A DNA stretch of 64,000 bases, taken from assembly GCA_963825505.1 (NCBI GenBank), contig CAWGTL010000010.1, forward strand, positions 128,080 to 192,079. The letters are read 5' to 3'. Of the stretch, positions 19,800-28,832 are shown in pieces. The first letter of the stretch is position 1, and each line of letters opens with the position of its first letter. Under the pieces are notes generated by a model. The model saw only the letters and a list, made by a program, of their open reading frames with translations, did not search any database and was not told the DNA's origin. This DNA is from an uncultured Actinomycetota bacterium. GTDB taxonomy: Bacteria > Actinomycetota > Actinomycetes > Actinomycetales > CAWJMD01. The position numbers and the translations under genes were made by a program.

Positions 19800-19838
19800 C
19801 CGGCTACAAGTGGGTCTGAGCGGAGTCTGAGGGGACCG

Positions 19839-22040
19839 ATGCCCAGCACCCGTGACACGGCACCCGGCGCGACCGACCACCACGTGGTCTCGCCGGGTGC
19901 CGTCGCACGTCCGCGAGCGCTCGCCCTGCCGCTGTACGCCGGCGTCACGGGCCTGGTGGGACTGGCGCTGGTCGCCCTCGTCGTGGTCCTGGCCCCGCCG
20001 TGGGACTCGCTGTCGGCCTTCCCCCTGCCCCTGGTGGCGCTCGCGCTCGGGCTGGCCCTCGGAGAGGTCTGGCCCATCCCGGTCTCGCGCGGCGACGACA
20101 CCATCTCGCCCGTCACGATCTCGACCACCTTCGCGGTCGCCCTGGTGCTCCTCGGGCCGCTGTCGTGGCTCCTGCTCGTGCACACCGTGGCCGTGGCCCT
20201 GGACGACGCCCGCAGCGGCCGCCGCCCGATCCAGGTGCTCTTCAACGCGGGCCAGTACGCGATCAGCGTGCTGCTCGCCCGCGGCGCGTTCAGCCTGCTG
20301 AGCGGGGACCCGTACTTCGGCGGGTACCAGCACTTCCAGGTCGCCGACCTGCTGCCCGCCCTCGTGGCCGGCGCGGTCTTCGCCCTGGTCAACGACTCCC
20401 TGGTCGCCGTCGTGGTGGCCCTCGCCTCCGGTCAGCGCGTCGGCGCGATGATGCGCGAGGACGTCCGGTTCAAGCTCGAGACCTCCGGCGTGCTGGTGGC
20501 CCTCGGCCCGCTCGCTGCCCTCGTGGTCGACGTCTCGGTGCTGCTGCTGCCGCTGCTGGTGGTCCCGGTGGTCGCCGTGCGGCGCACCACCTACCTCGCC
20601 GTGCTGCGCGAGCGCCAGTCGCTGCACGACCCGCTGACCGGCCTGGCCAACCGCGAGCTGTTCCGGCGCCGGGTGGAGCGGGTGCTCGACTCGCCGGGCG
20701 CGGCCGCTCAGAACCTGGCCGTGCTGATGGTCGACATGGACCACTTCAAGGACGTCAACGACACCCTCGGCCACCACGTCGGCGACGAGCTGCTGCGGCG
20801 GGTGGCCGAGCGCATCGACCGCACCGTGCGCGCCGCCGCGACCTCCGACACCGAGGACCCCGTCACCACGGTCGCCCGGCTCGGCGGCGACGAGTTCGCC
20901 GTCCTGCTGCGCAGCGAGTCGCCCATCGCCGACGCCGAGGAGCTCGCCGAGCAGGTCCTCGCGGTGCTGGCCCGGCCCGTCGACGTGCACGGGCAGGTGC
21001 TGTCGGTGCACTGCAGCATCGGCATCACCGCACCCCGCGGGCGGGAGGTCGACGTGCACACGCTGCTGTCCGAGGCCGACATCGCGCTGTACGAGGCCAA
21101 GCGCGAGCGCGCCCGCTGGTGGGTCTTCACGCCGGGGACCGTGACGGGCTCGGCCGAGCGCCTCGCCCTGCTGCCCGGGCTGCGCGAGGCCATCGCCGAC
21201 GGCGACCTGCAGGTGCAGTTCCAGCCGCAGCTCGACGTCGCCACCGAGCGGTACCTCACCGTCGAGGCGCTGGTCCGCTGGCAGCACCCGAGGCACGGCC
21301 TGCTCGGACCGGACCAGTTCATCGGCCTCGCAGAGAGCGCCGGCCTCATCCGACCGCTGACGCTGCACGTCCTCGAGCTCGCGCTCGAGGCGGCGAGCGG
21401 CTGGCGCCGCCAGGGCTGGGACGTGGGCGTCGCCGTCAACCTGTCCGCGCGCCAGCTCACCGACCACTCGCTCCCGACGCACCTCGCCGACCGGCTCGAG
21501 CACTGGCGGCTGCCGCCGTCGCGCCTCGTCGTCGAGGTGACCGAGAGCAGCCTGATGGACGTGCACCAGGCGAGCTCGGTGCTGCGCGCCCTGCGGGACA
21601 TCGGGATCCGGTTGTCCATCGACGACTTCGGCACCGGCTACAGCTCGCTCGTGCGGCTGCAGCGCCTCGACGTCGACGAGCTGAAGATCGACAAGAGCTT
21701 CGTCGGCGGGCTGCTACGCGGCGGGAACGACGAGATCCTCGTCCGCTCGATCGTCGAGCTCGCCCACAACCTCGGACTGCAGGTGGTGGCCGAGGGCGTG
21801 GAGACCGAGGAGGTGGCCGAGCACCTGCGGATGCTCGGGTGCGACCGCCTGCAGGGCTTCCTGCTCGGACGCCCGATGCACCACGAGGCGGTCACCGCGC
21901 TGCTCGCCGCCCAGCACGTCCGCGGGCCGCGCGGGCTCGGCTACACCGTCCCCGCGCCCCAGGTCGGCCCCGGACGGGCCGAGCCGGTCCCGGCCCTGCG
22001 GGTCGTCGGCGGACGGCCGGCCCGGGAGGACCTGTGCTGA
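19839..22040 (+). CDS. Membrane-bound GGDEF-EAL protein (diguanylate cyclase/phosphodiesterase)
   Basis: N-terminal polytopic domain (contains FNAGQY). GGDEF (ARLGGDEFAVLL). EAL domain with VEALVRWQHP, VAVNLS, EVTES, DDFGTGYSSL, KIDKSF, AEGVETEE and QGF. Confidence 0.9.
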   Translation: MPSTRDTAPGATDHHVVSPGAVARPRALALPLYAGVTGLVGLALVALVVVLAPPWDSLSAFPLPLVALALGLALGEVWPIPVSRGDDTISPVTISTTFAVALVLLGPLSWLLLVHTVAVALDDARSGRRPIQVLFNAGQYAISVLLARGAFSLLSGDPYFGGYQHFQVADLLPALVAGAVFALVNDSLVAVVVALASGQRVGAMMREDVRFKLETSGVLVALGPLAALVVDVSVLLLPLLVVPVVAVRRTTYLAVLRERQSLHDPLTGLANRELFRRRVERVLDSPGAAAQNLAVLMVDMDHFKDVNDTLGHHVGDELLRRVAERIDRTVRAAATSDTEDPVTTVARLGGDEFAVLLRSESPIADAEELAEQVLAVLARPVDVHGQVLSVHCSIGITAPRGREVDVHTLLSEADIALYEAKRERARWWVFTPGTVTGSAERLALLPGLREAIADGDLQVQFQPQLDVATERYLTVEALVRWQHPRHGLLGPDQFIGLAESAGLIRPLTLHVLELALEAASGWRRQGWDVGVAVNLSARQLTDHSLPTHLADRLEHWRLPPSRLVVEVTESSLMDVHQASSVLRALRDIGIRLSIDDFGTGYSSLVRLQRLDVDELKIDKSFVGGLLRGGNDEILVRSIVELAHNLGLQVVAEGVETEEVAEHLRMLGCDRLQGFLLGRPMHHEAVTALLAAQHVRGPRGLGYTVPAPQVGPGRAEPVPALRVVGGRPAREDLC

Positions 22041-22636
22041 TCGTCGCGCTGTTCGTCCTCGGCCTGGTCCTGGTGCCGCTGACAGGCGGCACCTACCGCG
22101 GGCTGGTCGACCTGCGGCTGCGGCTGCGATGGCTGGTGCTGATCGCCTTCGCGCTGCAGTTCCTGGTGCTCCAGGGCCCGGCCGTCCTCGACCCCGTCGG
22201 TCCGGTGCTGCACGTGCTCACCTACGGCGCGGCCGGCGTCTTCGTGGCGGCGAACCGCCGGGTCCCCGGGCTGCTGGTCGTCGCAGCCGGGGCCGCGTGC
22301 AACGGCGTGACCATCGCCCTCAACGGCGGCACCCTGCCCGCGTCCGCGTCGGCGCTGCGCACGGCCGGCATCGAGGTCGGCGAGGGCTTCGTCAACTCCG
22401 GCGTCGTCCACGACCCCGTTCTGCCGTGGCTCGGCGACGTCTTCGCCGTCCCGTCGGGCGTGCCGTTCGCGAACGTCTTCAGCGTCGGCGACGTGCTGAT
22501 CGTCGCCGGCGCCTGGTGGCTGATCTGGGCCACCACCCGCCGTCGCGCCGACGCCGGGGGCAGCGGTCAGGCCAGCGCCGACCTGACCGCCGACAGCGGG
22601 ACGTCGAGCCAGTCGGGGCGGTTCCGGGTCTCGTAG
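22034..22636 (+). CDS. DUF5317-like integral membrane protein, translationally coupled to the GGDEF-EAL gene
   Basis: GTG 22034 overlaps the upstream stop (GTGCTGA). Contains LNGGTLPASASAL, FVNSGVV and VFSVGDVLIVAGAWWLIW. The 3' end overlaps the convergent mak gene by about 70 nt. Confidence 0.6.
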   Translation: MLIVALFVLGLVLVPLTGGTYRGLVDLRLRLRWLVLIAFALQFLVLQGPAVLDPVGPVLHVLTYGAAGVFVAANRRVPGLLVVAAGAACNGVTIALNGGTLPASASALRTAGIEVGEGFVNSGVVHDPVLPWLGDVFAVPSGVPFANVFSVGDVLIVAGAWWLIWATTRRRADAGGSGQASADLTADSGTSSQSGRFRVS

Positions 22637-23958
22637 ACGACCTCGTAGAGCGCCTTGTCGAGCCAGAGCGCCTCGACGAGCAGACCGAGGTCGTCCAGGT
22701 CGGTGCCGGACGCCTCCTCGTACCCCGCCAGGAACGCCGTCCGCGCCTCCTGCGCCCAGTGCCGGGCCCGCTCGGCGACCGCCGGCTCCTCGGTGTGCAG
22801 CGCGACGTGGCCGGCGGCGTAGTCGAACGAGCGGAGCATGCCGACGACGTCGCGCAGGGCGACGTCGGGGCGGGTGCGCTCGCGCAGCGGACGCAGCGGC
22901 TCACCCTCGAAGTCGAGCAGCACCCAGCCGCGGCCGGGGGCGTGCAGCACCTGACCGAGGTGGTAGTCGCCGTGCACGCGCTGCAGGGGCGGGACGCCTC
23001 CGCCCGCGAGGTCGGCCAGGCGCTCACGGTGACGGGCCAGCGGCTCGCGCAGCGTCGTCAGCGCGTCCGAGCTGCCCACCGCCCAGTCGACCCGCCCCTG
23101 CAGGGCGGTCACGAGGTCGTGGCGGACGGCGTCGGTGGCCTCCTGCGTCCCGAACTGCTCGCGCAGCGCGGTGTGCACCGAGGCGGTGGCGGCGCCGAGC
23201 TCGTCGGCCTCGGTGGTGAACGGGCGCCCGGCGACGGCGGCGGCCAGGGCCTCGCGCCAGGCGTCCTGGCTGCCGGCGAGGAACTCGGTGGCGACGGCGA
23301 GGTGGCCGCGGCAGGGCTGCTCGTCGACGACCCACTCGCCCGAGACCCAGCCGGCCACGCGCGGCACGGCCCGCACACCGGCGCGGGACAGCGCCGAGGT
23401 GACCTCGACGTCGGGGTTCGGTCCGTCGCTGAGGACGCGGAAGAGCTTGACGATCAACGGGTCCGGTGCCCCCGCACCGACGACGACCGACGTGTTCGAC
23501 TGCTCGCCGGAGAGCACCGTGGCGGCGGCTCCCGGGTCGACCCGCGGAGCGTCCGGTGCGTCGGAGAGCGTCCCGGCGGCGCCGGGCACCTCGGCCTGGT
23601 CGGCAACCAGCCGGAGCCAGGCGCGGACGAAGACGGGGTCGTGCACGCCGTCGTAGACCCAGCGCTCGCCGAGGGTGGAGTGGGTCGCCGTGCCGATCAG
23701 CGCGTGCTCGTGCCCCTCCAGCGGTGCGCCGCGGAAGGTGAGCGGCACCTGCACGACATCGAGCCGGTCGCCGGAGTCGAGCCCCACGAGGTGCACCTCC
23801 AGGCCCACCTCGCCGTCGGGGTCCGCGAGCCGGTACGCGCCGACCTCGCGCAGCGAGACGCCGCGGCCCTTGGCCGGGTACCAGCGCTGCGCCGGCATCC
23901 AGCCGTGGAGCAGGTGCGGCAGCGGCGGGTCGAGCGTGGCCTCCCCGGGAGCGTCCAC
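22567..23958 (-). CDS. mak: Maltokinase (Mak/Pep2), stand-alone and not fused to TreS
   Basis: 3' part of ORF 22567-25731. Contains LLHGWMPAQRWYPAKG, SNTSVVVG, VHGDYHLGQVL, LLDFEGEP and LRDVVGMLRSFDYA. GTG start 2 nt after the glgE stop. Confidence 0.85.
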   Translation of the reverse strand: MDAPGEATLDPPLPHLLHGWMPAQRWYPAKGRGVSLREVGAYRLADPDGEVGLEVHLVGLDSGDRLDVVQVPLTFRGAPLEGHEHALIGTATHSTLGERWVYDGVHDPVFVRAWLRLVADQAEVPGAAGTLSDAPDAPRVDPGAAATVLSGEQSNTSVVVGAGAPDPLIVKLFRVLSDGPNPDVEVTSALSRAGVRAVPRVAGWVSGEWVVDEQPCRGHLAVATEFLAGSQDAWREALAAAVAGRPFTTEADELGAATASVHTALREQFGTQEATDAVRHDLVTALQGRVDWAVGSSDALTTLREPLARHRERLADLAGGGVPPLQRVHGDYHLGQVLHAPGRGWVLLDFEGEPLRPLRERTRPDVALRDVVGMLRSFDYAAGHVALHTEEPAVAERARHWAQEARTAFLAGYEEASGTDLDDLGLLVEALWLDKALYEVVYETRNRPDWLDVPLSAVRSALA

Positions 23959-23960
23959 GC

Positions 23961-26129
23961 TCAGACCCTCCTGACGTGCACCACGTGCGCCGGGGTCTCG
24001 AAACCCAGTCGGACGAAGACGTTCTCGCCCCAGTTCCAGGACTGGCCGGAGAGCAGGTCGTGGGCGACGAACGAGTCGTCCCACGTCATCCCGAGCCCGG
24101 GCATGTCGAGGTGCACCGTGGTCTCCCGCTGCGAGTGCGGGTCGAGGTTGACCACGGTGATGACGGTGTCCTCGCGGCCGGTGGGGGAGTGCTCGGCCGC
24201 GATCCGGCGCGAGTAGGCGAGCACCGCGTCGTCGTCGGTGGGGTGGAACACGAGGTCGCGCAGCTGCTGCAGCGCCGGGTGGTCGCGCCGGATCTCGTTG
24301 AGACGGGTCAGCAGCGGCTGCAACGACTCCCCGCGCTCGAGCGCGCCGGCGAAGTCGCGCGGCTTGTACTCGTACTTCTCGTTGTCGATCTGCTCCTCCG
24401 CGCCCGGCCGGGCGACGTTCTCGACCAGCTCGTAACCGGTGTAGATGCCCCAGGTGGGGACTGCCGTCGCCGCGATGACCGCCCGCAGCGCGAACGCCGT
24501 CCGCCCGCCGTACTGCATGTAGGGGGTGAGGATGTCGTGGGTGGTGGGCCAGAAGCTCGGCACCATGTAGTCCGCCGTGCCGGTCTTCCCCGTCGGGCTC
24601 ACCACGTGGCTGCCGGTGGTGAGCTCGGTGAGGTAGTCGGTGAGCTCGGCCTTGGTGTTGCGCCAGGCGTAGTAGGTGTACGACTGCTGGAAGCCGACCT
24701 TCGCCAGGGTCCGCATCATCGGTGGCCGCGTGAACGCCTCGGCGAGCCACACCACGCCGGGATGGGTCTTCTCGACCTCCGCGATGATCCACTCCCAGAA
24801 CTGGACCGGCTTGGTGTGCGGGTTGTCGACCCGGATGAGCGTGACGCCGCGCTCCACCCAGACCATCACCACGCGCAGCACCTCGCGGTAGATGCCGTCG
24901 GGGTCGTTGTCGAAGTTCAGCGGGTAGATGTCCTGGTACTTCTTCGGCGGGTTCTCGGCGTAGGCGATCGACCCGTCGGCGCGGGTGGTGAACCACTCCG
25001 GGTGCGCGGTCACCCACGGGTGGTCCGGCGAGCAGTTCAGCGCGAGGTCGATCGCCACCTCGAGCCCGAGGCCCTTGGCCCGCGCGACGAACGCGTCGAA
25101 GTCCTCGAAGGTCCCGAGGTCGGGGTGGATCGCGTCGTGCCCGCCGTCGGCCGACCCGATCGCGTACGGCGAGCCCGGATCGCCCGGCTCGATCGTGAGC
25201 GTGTTGTTGCGCCCCTTGCGGTTCGTCTCGCCGATCGGGTGCAGCGGCAGCACGTACGCGACGTCGAAGCCCATCTCGGCGATCGCCGGCAGCCGCTCCG
25301 CCGCGGTGCGCAGGGTGCCGGACGTCCAGGCACCCGTGGCGGGGTCGCGGACCGCGCCTTCCGAGCGGGGGACGAAGGAGTACCACGCGCCGTAGAGCGC
25401 GCGCCGGCGCTGCACCCGCAGCGGGAACGGGCCGGCCACGGTGACGCCCCGGCGGACGGGCACGCGCTCCAGCGCCTGGTGCACGTGCGCCGAGGTGCCG
25501 GCGGCGAGCCGCGCCTGCGGCGGGCGCTCGGTGTCGCGCAGGCCCGTCACGGCGTCGAGCAGGTGCGCGCGGTGCGTCGCGTCGTGCGCGGCGTCGTGGG
25601 CGGCGTCCTCGAGCAGCAGGGCGCCCTCGGTGAGCATCAGCTCGGTGTCGACGTCGGCGGCCACCTTGATGACGGCGTCGTGCTCCCAGGTGCCGTAGGG
25701 GTCGTCCCACGCCTCGACCGTGAAGGTCCACTCGCCCGGGGCGTCCGGCACCACGTGGCCGAGCCAGCGGCCCAGGCCGTGGTCGGTCTCGGTCAGCCGG
25801 ACCCGGCTGTGCTCCGAACCGTCCGGCCGGTGCAGCACCGCGGTGGCACCGACGGCGTCGTGGCCCTCCCGGAACACGGTGGCCGTGATCGGCACGACCT
25901 CGCCCTCGGACGCGCGCGCCGGCCAGCGGCCGCCGTCGACGACGGGACCGACCTCGAGCACCGGGAACCGGCCGGTGAGGCCGGACCGGTCGATGGCGGC
26001 GGCCGCCGGTGGGGCCGCTGCTGGCGCTGCCGGCGGTGCGGCGCCTGCCGGCGGCGCGGCAGGGGTCTGGGGAGGGGGTGCTGCGGACGTGGGGCGCCTG
26101 CTGCGCTTGTCGCGGCTCACCTCGGCCAC
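23961..26129 (-). CDS. glgE: Alpha-1,4-glucan:maltose-1-phosphate maltosyltransferase GlgE
   Basis: GRFPVLEVGPVVDGGRWPARA, WYSFVPRSEG, IRVDNPHTKP, WLAEAFTRPPMM and QQSYTYYAWRN. Ala/Pro-rich N-terminus. Start at GTG 26129 or 26120. Confidence 0.92.
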   Translation of the reverse strand: MAEVSRDKRSRRPTSAAPPPQTPAAPPAGAAPPAAPAAAPPAAAAIDRSGLTGRFPVLEVGPVVDGGRWPARASEGEVVPITATVFREGHDAVGATAVLHRPDGSEHSRVRLTETDHGLGRWLGHVVPDAPGEWTFTVEAWDDPYGTWEHDAVIKVAADVDTELMLTEGALLLEDAAHDAAHDATHRAHLLDAVTGLRDTERPPQARLAAGTSAHVHQALERVPVRRGVTVAGPFPLRVQRRRALYGAWYSFVPRSEGAVRDPATGAWTSGTLRTAAERLPAIAEMGFDVAYVLPLHPIGETNRKGRNNTLTIEPGDPGSPYAIGSADGGHDAIHPDLGTFEDFDAFVARAKGLGLEVAIDLALNCSPDHPWVTAHPEWFTTRADGSIAYAENPPKKYQDIYPLNFDNDPDGIYREVLRVVMVWVERGVTLIRVDNPHTKPVQFWEWIIAEVEKTHPGVVWLAEAFTRPPMMRTLAKVGFQQSYTYYAWRNTKAELTDYLTELTTGSHVVSPTGKTGTADYMVPSFWPTTHDILTPYMQYGGRTAFALRAVIAATAVPTWGIYTGYELVENVARPGAEEQIDNEKYEYKPRDFAGALERGESLQPLLTRLNEIRRDHPALQQLRDLVFHPTDDDAVLAYSRRIAAEHSPTGREDTVITVVNLDPHSQRETTVHLDMPGLGMTWDDSFVAHDLLSGQSWNWGENVFVRLGFETPAHVVHVRRV

Positions 26130-26240
26130 GCTACCGAGGGCGACGCCGGGGGCGCGATCCGGAGCAACTTCTTGCACCACGCGCAACGTCTTGCCGGGCC
26201 CCGGCGTGTCGGCCTCCGGGCTCCCGTACGCTGCCCCGTC

Positions 26241-28805
26241 GTGAGAGCGATCCGGCGGTTCACCGTCCGCACCGTCCTGCCCGGCACCATCTCGGCCCTG
26301 GGCCAGCTGGCGATCAACCTGCGCTGGTCGTGGCACCCCGCCACCCGCGACCTGTTCGAGCAGATCGATCCGAAGCGCTGGGCCGAGCTCGGGCACGACC
26401 CGATCCGCCTGCTCGGCGACCTGGCGCCGGAGCGCCTCGCCGAGCTGTCGGACGACCCCGTCTTCGTCGCGAAGGTGGAGCAGGCCGCCGCCGACCTGCG
26501 CGAGTACCTCAGCGAGCCGCGCTGGTACCAGGACCTGCCCGAGCCGAAGCCGGCCTCGATCGCCTACTTCAGCCCGGAGTACGGCATCACCTCGGTGCTG
26601 CCGCAGTACTCCGGCGGCCTCGGCATCCTCGCGGGCGACCACCTCAAGAGCGCCTCCGACCTCGGGGTGCCGATCACCGGCGTCGGCCTCATGTACAAGA
26701 GCGGCTACTTCAAGCAGGCCCTGTCGGCCGACGGCTGGCAGACCGAGACCTACCCGGTGCTCGACCCCGACGGCCTCCCGCTGACCCTCCTGCGCGAGGA
26801 GGACGGCACGCCGGCGCTGGTGACCGTCGAGCTCCCTGGCGGCCGCGCGCTGCACGCCCACGTCTGGAAGGCCGACGTCGGCCGCGTCCCCCTCCTGCTG
26901 CTCGACTCCGACGTGCAGGAGAACGACGAGCTCGCCCGCACCATCACCGACCGCCTCTACGGCGGCGGCGGCGAGCACCGGCTCCAGCAGGAGATGCTGC
27001 TCGGCATCGGCGGCGTGCGCGCGCTGCGGATCTGGTCCCGGCTGTCCGGCGCCCCGGCCCCCGCGGTGTTCCACACCAACGAGGGCCACGCCGGCTTCCT
27101 CGGGCTGGAGCGCATCCGCGAGCTGATGGGGGAGGGCCTGACCTGGGACGAGGCGCTGGCCGCCGGCCGCGCCGCCACCGTCTTCACCACGCACACCCCC
27201 GTCCCGGCCGGCATCGACCGGTTCGGCGACGACCAGATCGACCAGTACCTCGGCGGCTCCGGCGCGCTCGAGGGGCTGCCGATGGACCGCGTCCAGGCGC
27301 TCGGCGCCGAGGACTACCCCGGCGGCGAGGCCGGTGTGTTCAACATGGCCGTGATGGGCCTGCGGCTCGCGCAGCGCGCCAACGGCGTCTCCCGGCTGCA
27401 CGGCGAGGTCAGCCGCGGCATGTTCGACGGCCTGTGGCCGGGCTTCGACGACACAGAGGTCCCGATCACCTCGATCACCAACGGCGTGCACGCCCCCACC
27501 TGGGTCGACCGGCGCGTGTTCGAGGTCGCCGAGAAGCACGTCGGCACCCGGCTCACCGAGGGCGCCCGGGGCTGGGAGCAGGTCGGCGAGGTGCCGCCCG
27601 CCGAGATCTGGGCGGTGCGCCGCGAGCTGCGCGCGCAGCTGGTCGCCGACGCCCGCGCGCGGGTGCGCTCGTCCTGGTTGAAGCGGGGCGCGAGCCCGGC
27701 CGAGCTGGGCTGGGTCGACGACGTGCTCGACCCGGACGTGCTGACCATCGGCTTCGCCCGCCGCGTGCCCACCTACAAGCGGCTCACGCTGATGCTGCGC
27801 GACCCGGCCCGGCTGAAGGCGCTGCTGCTCGACCCGGAGCGCCCGGTGCAGCTGGTGATCGCCGGCAAGTCGCACCCCGCCGACGACCAGGGCAAGCGGC
27901 TGATCCAGCAGCTCGTGCAGTTCGCCGACGACCCCGAGGTGCGGCACCGCATCGTCTTCCTGCCCAACTACGACATCAAGATGGCCCAGATCCTCTACCC
28001 GGGCTGCGACGTCTGGCTGAACAACCCGCTGCGCCCGCTCGAGGCCTGCGGCACGTCCGGCATGAAGGCGGCGCTCAACGGCTGCCTCAACCTGTCCATC
28101 CTGGACGGCTGGTGGGACGAGTGGTTCGACGGCGAGAACGGCTGGGCGATCCCGACCGCCGACGGCGTCGAGGACGCCGACAAGCGCGACGACCTGGAGG
28201 CGGCCGGCCTGTACGACCTGGTCGCCAAGCAGGTCGCGCCGATGTTCTACGACCGCGACGCCGAGGGCCTGCCGGGCCGCTGGCTGGAGATGGTTCGACA
28301 CACCCTCGGCACCCTCGGTCCGAAGGTGCTGGCCTCGCGGATGGTCGGCGACTACGTGCAGAGGCTGTACCTGCCGGCGTTCGAGAGCGGCACCGCCATG
28401 AACGGTCCGGGCTACCCCGGCGCGAAGGAGCTCGCCACGTGGCTGGCGAAGGTGCGCCAGGGCTGGTCCTCGGTGCGGGTCGACCACGTGGAGTCCTCAG
28501 GCATCGGCGACTCCCCGCAGATCGGCGAGGTGCTGCACGTCAGCGCGTTCGTCTCGCTCGGCGACCTCGACCCGTCCGACGTCAGCGTCGAGGTCCTGCA
28601 CGGCCGGGTGAACGACTCCGACGAGCTCACCGGGACGGCCTCGCAGGTGCTCGAGCACACCGACACCTACGAGGACGGCCGGCACCGGTTCGCCGGCGAC
28701 CTCACCCTGCGCCGCACCGGCGCGTTCGGCTACACCGTGCGGATCCTCCCGCGCCACGCAGGCCTCGCGAGCACCGCCGAGACCGGCCTGGTCGTCAACG
28801 CCTGA
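26241..28805 (+). CDS. glgP: Alpha-glucan phosphorylase GlgP (GT35, maltodextrin phosphorylase type)
   Basis: 3' part of ORF 23976-28805, GTG 26241. Contains LAINLRWSWHP, AYFSPEYG, SGGLGILAGDHLKSASD, TNGVHAPTW and EACGTSGMKAALNG. Confidence 0.92.
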   Translation: MRAIRRFTVRTVLPGTISALGQLAINLRWSWHPATRDLFEQIDPKRWAELGHDPIRLLGDLAPERLAELSDDPVFVAKVEQAAADLREYLSEPRWYQDLPEPKPASIAYFSPEYGITSVLPQYSGGLGILAGDHLKSASDLGVPITGVGLMYKSGYFKQALSADGWQTETYPVLDPDGLPLTLLREEDGTPALVTVELPGGRALHAHVWKADVGRVPLLLLDSDVQENDELARTITDRLYGGGGEHRLQQEMLLGIGGVRALRIWSRLSGAPAPAVFHTNEGHAGFLGLERIRELMGEGLTWDEALAAGRAATVFTTHTPVPAGIDRFGDDQIDQYLGGSGALEGLPMDRVQALGAEDYPGGEAGVFNMAVMGLRLAQRANGVSRLHGEVSRGMFDGLWPGFDDTEVPITSITNGVHAPTWVDRRVFEVAEKHVGTRLTEGARGWEQVGEVPPAEIWAVRRELRAQLVADARARVRSSWLKRGASPAELGWVDDVLDPDVLTIGFARRVPTYKRLTLMLRDPARLKALLLDPERPVQLVIAGKSHPADDQGKRLIQQLVQFADDPEVRHRIVFLPNYDIKMAQILYPGCDVWLNNPLRPLEACGTSGMKAALNGCLNLSILDGWWDEWFDGENGWAIPTADGVEDADKRDDLEAAGLYDLVAKQVAPMFYDRDAEGLPGRWLEMVRHTLGTLGPKVLASRMVGDYVQRLYLPAFESGTAMNGPGYPGAKELATWLAKVRQGWSSVRVDHVESSGIGDSPQIGEVLHVSAFVSLGDLDPSDVSVEVLHGRVNDSDELTGTASQVLEHTDTYEDGRHRFAGDLTLRRTGAFGYTVRILPRHAGLASTAETGLVVNA

Positions 28806-28832
28806 GGGCGGGAGCTCGGGACCGGGCACAGG

